This document shows, piece by piece, positions 40,675 through 45,797 of a stretch of 45,797 nucleotides of DNA. The translations under genes and the position numbers were made by a program. The DNA is from Deinococcaceae bacterium. GTDB lineage: Bacteria; Deinococcota; Deinococci; Deinococcales; Trueperaceae. The number at the start of each line of letters is the position of its first letter. Position 1 is the stretch's first letter. The notes beneath the pieces were generated by a model, which was not told where the DNA came from, did not search any database, and saw only the letters and a list, made by a program, of their open reading frames with translations. The stretch is taken from positions 1 to 45,797 of the forward strand of contig JBDZWC010000006.1 in NCBI GenBank assembly GCA_040256005.1. Reading direction: 5' to 3'.

Positions 40675-41738
40675 ACCCCGGCCAGGCTGAGGCCCTGGGT
40701 CTCGTCGAACCCGTTGGCTACGTTGAAGGCCTGCACGGCCTGACCGGCGGCACCCTTGCCCAGGTTGTCGATCGCACAGAACGTGAGCACGTGGCCGCTC
40801 CTGCGGTCGTACCGGGCGGAGAGGACGGCGCGGTCGCTGCCGTAGACGGCCTTCGTCTGGGGCAGGTCCTCCTGGACGTGGATCAGTGGGTCACCGGCGT
40901 AGTAGTCGGCGACGACCTGCAGGACGGCCGCGTCTGTCAGCTCAGCGTCCTTGCTCCGGGTCGCGCAGGTCGCGAGGATGCCCCGCTCCATCGGCACGAT
41001 GTGCGGCGTGAAGCTCACCGTGTACGGCTCGAAGTCGTCGTGGGTTGACAGGCGCTTGCCGCCCTTCTTGACCCGGCCCACCGTCGCCTCGATCTCCGCG
41101 GTGTGCCTGTGGGTGCCAGAAGGCTTGTACGGGCGGGCGTTGCCGGCCATCTCCGGGTAGTGGAGCATGGCGGAGACGCCGCGCCCCGCTCCTGACACGC
41201 CGGCCAGGACACTGACGACCGCGGACGACCCCAGCAGGCCGGCGGCCGCCAGCGGCGCCAACGCCAGGCTCGAGGCCGTGGCGTTGCAGCCCGGGCTGGC
41301 GATGAGTCGCTTCCCTACCAGCTCGTCACGGTGAAGCTCCACTAGCCCGTACACGGCCTCGTCGAGCAGCTCGGGGTGGGGATGGGCTCCGCCGTACCAC
41401 TCGGCGTAGCCAGCGGCGGAGAGGCGGAAGTCGGCCGAGAGGTCAACGACCTGCTTGCCCGCGTCCAGGGCCACCTTGGCGAAAGGCGCCGTCGCACCGT
41501 GCGGAGTGGCGCAGAACACCACGTCGGAAGCCCGTATCACTTCCTCTTCGCTGGTGAAGCTGAGGTCAGGGAACAGGCCGGCCAGGTGCGGCCAGCACGC
41601 GTCTACCGTTCGGCCCGCGTACTGCCTGGAGCCCACCGCGGCCAACCGCACGGCGTCGTGCCTGGCCAGCCGCTCGATGAGCCCCGCGCCGCCGTACCCG
41701 CTGGCGCCCAGGATGCCAACGTTCAGTCGCTCTGCCAC
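40665..41738 (-). CDS. argC: N-acetyl-gamma-glutamyl-phosphate reductase
   Basis: GASGYGG, DLSADFR, YGLVE, PGC, GVSGAG, FTPH, DNLGKGAAGQA; located between argF and argJ. Confidence 0.92.
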   Translation of the reverse strand: MAERLNVGILGASGYGGAGLIERLARHDAVRLAAVGSRQYAGRTVDACWPHLAGLFPDLSFTSEEEVIRASDVVFCATPHGATAPFAKVALDAGKQVVDLSADFRLSAAGYAEWYGGAHPHPELLDEAVYGLVELHRDELVGKRLIASPGCNATASSLALAPLAAAGLLGSSAVVSVLAGVSGAGRGVSAMLHYPEMAGNARPYKPSGTHRHTAEIEATVGRVKKGGKRLSTHDDFEPYTVSFTPHIVPMERGILATCATRSKDAELTDAAVLQVVADYYAGDPLIHVQEDLPQTKAVYGSDRAVLSARYDRRSGHVLTFCAIDNLGKGAAGQAVQAFNVANGFDETQGLSLAGVWP

Positions 41739-41739
41739 G

Positions 41740-42687
41740 TCAGTACCCCGGTTCTCCCAACAGCTGCACCAGCACGGCCTTGTGAGCGTGGAGTCGGTTC
41801 TCCGCCTGGTCGAAGACCACGCTGCGCTCGTGGTAGACCGCCTCTTCCGTGCACTCCTCGCCGTAGTGGGCCGGCAGGTCGTGCATGAACACCCCGCGGG
41901 GGCTCAGGTCCTCGAACCAGGCCGGTGTCACCGTGTAGCCGGCGAAGGCGCTGCGGCGCTTCTCGAGCTCGTCTTCCATGCCCATGGACACCCACACGTC
42001 CGTGTAGAGAGCGTCGGCGCCCTTGATGGCCTCACGCGGGTCGTGACTGATCGTTATGTCCGCTCCCTGCGACCTGGCGGCTGCCAGGACCTCGGCGTCG
42101 GGCTCGTAGCCTTCCGGGCAGGCGATGACCAGGCTGGTCCCCGCCAGTGCCGCGGCGTTCACGTGCGAGTTGCAGACGTTGTTGCCGTCGCCCACGTAGG
42201 CGACGCGCAGGCCGCGCAGCTCGCCGAAGCGTTCGAGCAACGTCACGTAGTCGGCGAGCAGCTGACAGGGGTGAAGCCGGTCCGACAGGCCGTTGATGAC
42301 CGGTACCTTGGCGTGGTGCGCCAGGGTCACGAGGGTGTCGTGGCCGTAGGTGCGCGCCATGATGCCGTCAACCCACCTGTCGAGGTTCGAGGCCACGTCC
42401 CTGATCGTCTCGCGCACGCCCCAGCCGATGTAGTTCTGGCTCAGGAGAACGGCGTGACCTCCCAGCTGGGCCATGGCGATGTCGAAGGTCGAGCGCGTCC
42501 GCAGCGACTGTTTCTCGAAGATCATGGCGATCGACTTGTGCTCGAGATGCCGGGGCCTCACGCCCCTCTTCCAGTCCTGCTTCATCTGCACGGCGCTCTC
42601 GAGCAGACCGTCGAACTCGTCCTTGCTCAGGTCAGCGAGCGACAGCAGGTCGCGTCCGGCCAGTGTCGGCACCCTCAGCACGTCCAT
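41740..42687 (-). CDS. argF: Ornithine carbamoyltransferase
   Basis: SLRTR, HPCQ, GDGNNV, DVWVSMG, HDLP, QAENRLH; ATG 42687 has AGGGG upstream (ATG 42708 is an alternative). Confidence 0.93.
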   Translation of the reverse strand: MDVLRVPTLAGRDLLSLADLSKDEFDGLLESAVQMKQDWKRGVRPRHLEHKSIAMIFEKQSLRTRSTFDIAMAQLGGHAVLLSQNYIGWGVRETIRDVASNLDRWVDGIMARTYGHDTLVTLAHHAKVPVINGLSDRLHPCQLLADYVTLLERFGELRGLRVAYVGDGNNVCNSHVNAAALAGTSLVIACPEGYEPDAEVLAAARSQGADITISHDPREAIKGADALYTDVWVSMGMEDELEKRRSAFAGYTVTPAWFEDLSPRGVFMHDLPAHYGEECTEEAVYHERSVVFDQAENRLHAHKAVLVQLLGEPGY

Positions 42688-42834
42688 CTGGTAGCCCCTA
42701 ACGTTCATGGAAGCCCGCTCGAGCCGTGGCTGACCGTCGTGACGGACGCCAGGGAACGGCGGACAAGCGCACAGTCTATCACCGCGCGGTGCGCCGCCCG
42801 GGTGGCGTTCCGAGTGGGGCGCCCAGGGCCGACG

Positions 42835-43986
42835 TCACGGTCCCAGCATGCCGAGGTACCAATCGATCACGCCGCCGCCGACGAGCAGCGCTACCAGACC
42901 ACCCAGCAGTAGGTAGGGCCCGAACGGGACCATCCGCGAGCCGCCGGCCAGACGGGCGATCACGCCACCCACGGCGCCGATCGTCACGGCCAGGAAGATC
43001 GCGACGAGGAGCTTCTCCCATCCCAGGAAGGCCCCCAGAACCGCCGCGAGCTTGACGTCGCCGAAGCCCATCGCGACCGGCTCGGCGTCCTCCTCGCCCG
43101 GGACCTCGCCCTCACCGCCCGCGACCTCGCCCTTGACGACGTCGTGGAGCCACCAGTAGGCGGCGCCCAACAGCGCCCAGGCACCCGCAGCCATCACCGA
43201 TCCGGCGACGGCGGTCGTGACGGGAACGGGGAACCCGAGCGACGACAGCACCAACGCGAGCAGCCACAGCCCGTAGAGGAGCGGCTCCGGCAGGCGCAGT
43301 GTGCGTCGGGTGATGAGGTTGACCAGGAGGCTGGCGAGCCCGGCCAGCACGCCCGGCCATACACCGAAGCCCGCGCCCACCACCGCCGCGACGTTCACCT
43401 GGTCGAGGCTCAAGGGCCAGAGGCGCTCTGCCGTGTCGGCGAGGCGCCTCAGGACCAGTCCGCCGACGCGGTTGATCAGCACCAGGACGCCGGCGCCCGC
43501 CAACGCGCCCGCTACGGCCTCGAGCGGGTCGGGGAGGCCCGCCACGCCCCGCCACAGCAGCGAGCCGAGGAGCACGACCGCCAGCGCGGGGAGCGTCAGG
43601 ACGTCCGGCAGCACGTAGCGCTCCAGGTCGATGAGGGCCGCCATGACGAGCATCGCTACGGCGACGAGCAGCGGCAGGACGGCCGGGCCGTGGAGGACGG
43701 GCGAGAAGGCGACGACTAGGACGGCGAACAGGGCCGCCATCAGCAGCTCGAGGAGCGGGTAGCGGGCCGAGATAGGGGCGTGGCACGTCCTGCACTTGCC
43801 GCGCAGGAAGACCCAGGACAGCACGGGCACGAGGTCGATCGCCGCGAGCCTGCGACCGCAGTTGGGGCAACGGCTGCCGGGGAAGACGATGGACTCGCCG
43901 CGTGGCAACCGGTACACGACGACGTTCGCGAAGCTTCCGACGATCGCTCCCAGCGCCGCCGCGAAGGCCACGAGTAGGGCGGTCAC
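42835..43986 (-). CDS. pilD: Prepilin peptidase / N-methyltransferase
   Basis: GSFANVVVYRLP, CPNC and CRTC zinc motifs, catalytic IDL and MGFGDVKL, PFGPYL; long internal hydrophobic insert. Confidence 0.93.
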   Translation of the reverse strand: MTALLVAFAAALGAIVGSFANVVVYRLPRGESIVFPGSRCPNCGRRLAAIDLVPVLSWVFLRGKCRTCHAPISARYPLLELLMAALFAVLVVAFSPVLHGPAVLPLLVAVAMLVMAALIDLERYVLPDVLTLPALAVVLLGSLLWRGVAGLPDPLEAVAGALAGAGVLVLINRVGGLVLRRLADTAERLWPLSLDQVNVAAVVGAGFGVWPGVLAGLASLLVNLITRRTLRLPEPLLYGLWLLALVLSSLGFPVPVTTAVAGSVMAAGAWALLGAAYWWLHDVVKGEVAGGEGEVPGEEDAEPVAMGFGDVKLAAVLGAFLGWEKLLVAIFLAVTIGAVGGVIARLAGGSRMVPFGPYLLLGGLVALLVGGGVIDWYLGMLGP

Positions 43987-44097
43987 GCGTGCTTCTCTGT
44001 GTGTTTCGCCCGGGGGGTCCTGGGTCCTGCTAACTGCGTGGAAGGCGGCACTTACGCTCCTGGGTTCTCATCATCCCGGTGTTATCCTGCGCCCGCT

Positions 44098-44595
44098 ATG
44101 AAGAGGCTCACCGCACTCGGCGTCGTCGCCGTCCTGGCCACCTTTTTCGCGTTCTCCCACCTGAGCGGCCAGAGCCGCGACACGAAGGTGGTCTTCGTGC
44201 GGTCGCAGACCGCCATCCTCGCCCACCCGGCCGGTGCGCAGGTGGACCAGCTCAAGCAGCAAGCCCAGGCCGAGGTGGATGGCCTCGTCGCCAGCCTCAG
44301 GGAGCTGGACGCCAAGCTGGCCGCCGGCAACGAACTCACCGCCGATGAGAACGAGCGCTATCAGGCGCTCGTGACATCGATCAACGCTGTGCAGGATCGC
44401 TACGCCGAGGAGATCGACGCCGCCGCGAGGCCCGCCATCGAGGCCGTGAACGGCATACTCGCCGACTTGGCTGAGGAGAACGGCTACACGATCATCATGG
44501 ACGCGGACAAGGCGCGGGAGCAGAACCTCGTGGTCTACGCCGATCCTGACCTGGACATCACGCAGATGGTGGTCGACAGGTTGAGCGCTCAGTGA
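44098..44595 (+). CDS. OmpH/Skp family periplasmic chaperone
   Basis: Signal peptide, KVVFV, helical body, GYTIIMD, VVYADPDLDIT; start ATG 44098. Confidence 0.88.
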   Translation: MKRLTALGVVAVLATFFAFSHLSGQSRDTKVVFVRSQTAILAHPAGAQVDQLKQQAQAEVDGLVASLRELDAKLAAGNELTADENERYQALVTSINAVQDRYAEEIDAAARPAIEAVNGILADLAEENGYTIIMDADKAREQNLVVYADPDLDITQMVVDRLSAQ

Positions 44596-44642
44596 TCGCC
44601 GGCTGACGTCTTAGGACTTAGGACGCCCTGTCTCCAACCGGC

Positions 44643-45386
44643 CTACTCGCCGTCGGCGCGTTCTTCTCTCAGTCGGGCGAGTTCGACTCTGTCATCTTCG
44701 GTCAGCGGCGCGACTTCCAGCAGGTCGGGACGCCTGAGCAGGGTCCGCCTGAGGGCCTCCCTGCGGCGCCACTGCGCCACCTTCGCATGGTGGCCGGACA
44801 GCAGGACATCGGGCACGCCCATCCCCTGGTACTCGGGCGGCCTCGTGTACTCCGGGTAGTCCAGTAACCCCGTCTGGAACGAGTCCTGACGGTGGCTCTC
44901 GTCGTCGCCCAGGGCGCCTGGCAGCAGGCGCGTGACGGCCTCTATGACGCACAGCGCGGGCAGCTCCCCACCCATGAGGACGAAGTCGCCGATCGACACC
45001 TCGCGCGTTACCAGCCGTTCGACCCGCGCGTCGAAGCCTTCGTAACGGCCGGCGAGGAGGCATACGTGCTCGCGGGTCGCCAACACTGACACGAGGTCCT
45101 GTGTGAGGGGCTCGCCGGCGGGAGAGAGGAGCACGACCTCGTCGGGAGGCGGGTCGTCGCGGCGCGCCTCGTCGAGCGCGGCCGCCGCCACGTCGACCCT
45201 CACAACCATGCCGGCGCCGCCGCCGTACGGCGCGTCGTCCACCCTGTTCGTCCTGTTCCCGGCGAAGCGGCGGAGGTCGCGCACGTCGACCTGGACGATC
45301 CCCTCGCGTACGGCACGCGCCAGCAACGCCTCCTCCAGGTAGGGCGAGATGAGGCCGGGGAAGAGGGTGTAGACGGTGAAGCGCAT
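44643..45386 (-). CDS. trmD: tRNA (guanine-37-N1)-methyltransferase
   Basis: TLFP, VDDAPYGGGAGMV, GRYEGFDAR, SIGDFVLMGGE, YTRP, LLSGHH; start ATG 45386. Confidence 0.97.
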   Translation of the reverse strand: MRFTVYTLFPGLISPYLEEALLARAVREGIVQVDVRDLRRFAGNRTNRVDDAPYGGGAGMVVRVDVAAAALDEARRDDPPPDEVVLLSPAGEPLTQDLVSVLATREHVCLLAGRYEGFDARVERLVTREVSIGDFVLMGGELPALCVIEAVTRLLPGALGDDESHRQDSFQTGLLDYPEYTRPPEYQGMGVPDVLLSGHHAKVAQWRRREALRRTLLRRPDLLEVAPLTEDDRVELARLREERADGE

Positions 45387-45388
45387 GG

Positions 45389-45797
45389 TCAGTCCAGTAG
45401 GCCGTCGGGCGGAGAGGTCAGGACCACGGCTTCCTCGGTCACCTCGACGTAAGGAGCCGCGAGCGCGACGAGCGAGACGGACCCGGTATCCGACCTGACC
45501 TCCACGTAGGGGTTGACCGCGTTCAGGTGCGCGGCGCTCACCTCTCCCCAACGGTGACCGTCGACGACCACCGGCATGCCGGTCAGGACCTCCTCGCTGG
45601 AGGGAGCGCTCAGCGCCTCCGCCACGCCCTCCGGGAGGTCATGCGCGTGCACGTACACCGCGGCGTTCACGAGCGCCCTGGCGGCGGTGCGGTCCCTGAC
45701 GCCTTCCAGCAACAGCACGTTGCTGCCCGTCCGGTCGTCGAGACCCCGCAGGCGCGTCTCGCCCAGGCCGGACACGAACAGGCGCGCCCCGCTGGTC
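45389..45797 (-). CDS. rimM: Ribosome maturation factor RimM (5' end outside the window)
   Basis: GVRDRTAARALVNAAVYV plus a PRC-barrel-like C-terminus ending PPDGLLD; canonical position upstream of trmD. Confidence 0.8.
   Translation of the reverse strand, partial: TSGARLFVSGLGETRLRGLDDRTGSNVLLLEGVRDRTAARALVNAAVYVHAHDLPEGVAEALSAPSSEEVLTGMPVVVDGHRWGEVSAAHLNAVNPYVEVRSDTGSVSLVALAAPYVEVTEEAVVLTSPPDGLLD

Noticed and set aside
40665..41738. LysY (LysW pathway) rather than ArgC, suggested by GCNAT and HRHTAE
   Set aside because: GVSGAG, FTPH and the position between argF and argJ favour ArgC; no lysW/lysX/lysZ nearby
44605..44627. TTAGGAC direct repeat and weak hairpin between ompH and trmD
   Set aside because: Too short and imperfect to call; at most a weak terminator between convergent genes

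Overview
High-GC chromosomal core-genome segment. Protein features (Thermus/Deinococcus-type Rex, ArgC, short CarB, long PilD) and a -10 box (TANNNT) directly ahead of many start codons point to phylum Deinococcota, possibly Trueperaceae (inferred, not searched). It holds about 37 housekeeping or conserved CDSs: ABC exporter (partial), PASTA protein, ftsH, glgC, rlmN, TPR and SPOR proteins, rex, polyprenyl synthase, cutA, rnr, carB, pheA, a dynamin-like GTPase, YbaK, DsbA-like, Crp-family regulator, cation/H+ antiporter, a stand-alone dsRBD protein, a NarL-type regulator, M20 peptidase, rnhA-acpS-rpiA, maf-mreC, leuS, lpdA, argF-argC-argJ, pilD, skp/ompH, trmD and rimM (partial). I saw no rRNA, tRNA, CRISPR array or mobile element. 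The main non-obvious signals are regulatory. (1) An apparently complete leucine-sensing ribosome-mediated attenuator upstream of leuS: TTGACT-N17-TACGAT promoter, leaderless 27-aa peptide with three CTA Leu codons, and overlapping antiterminator/terminator. (2) A 15-bp RNA helix at the predicted 5' end of the mRNA for a stand-alone dsRNA-binding protein. (3) A possible Arg-rich uORF before argF. There is also an unannotated 566-aa protein with predicted B3-like and HARE-HTH-like DNA-binding modules.
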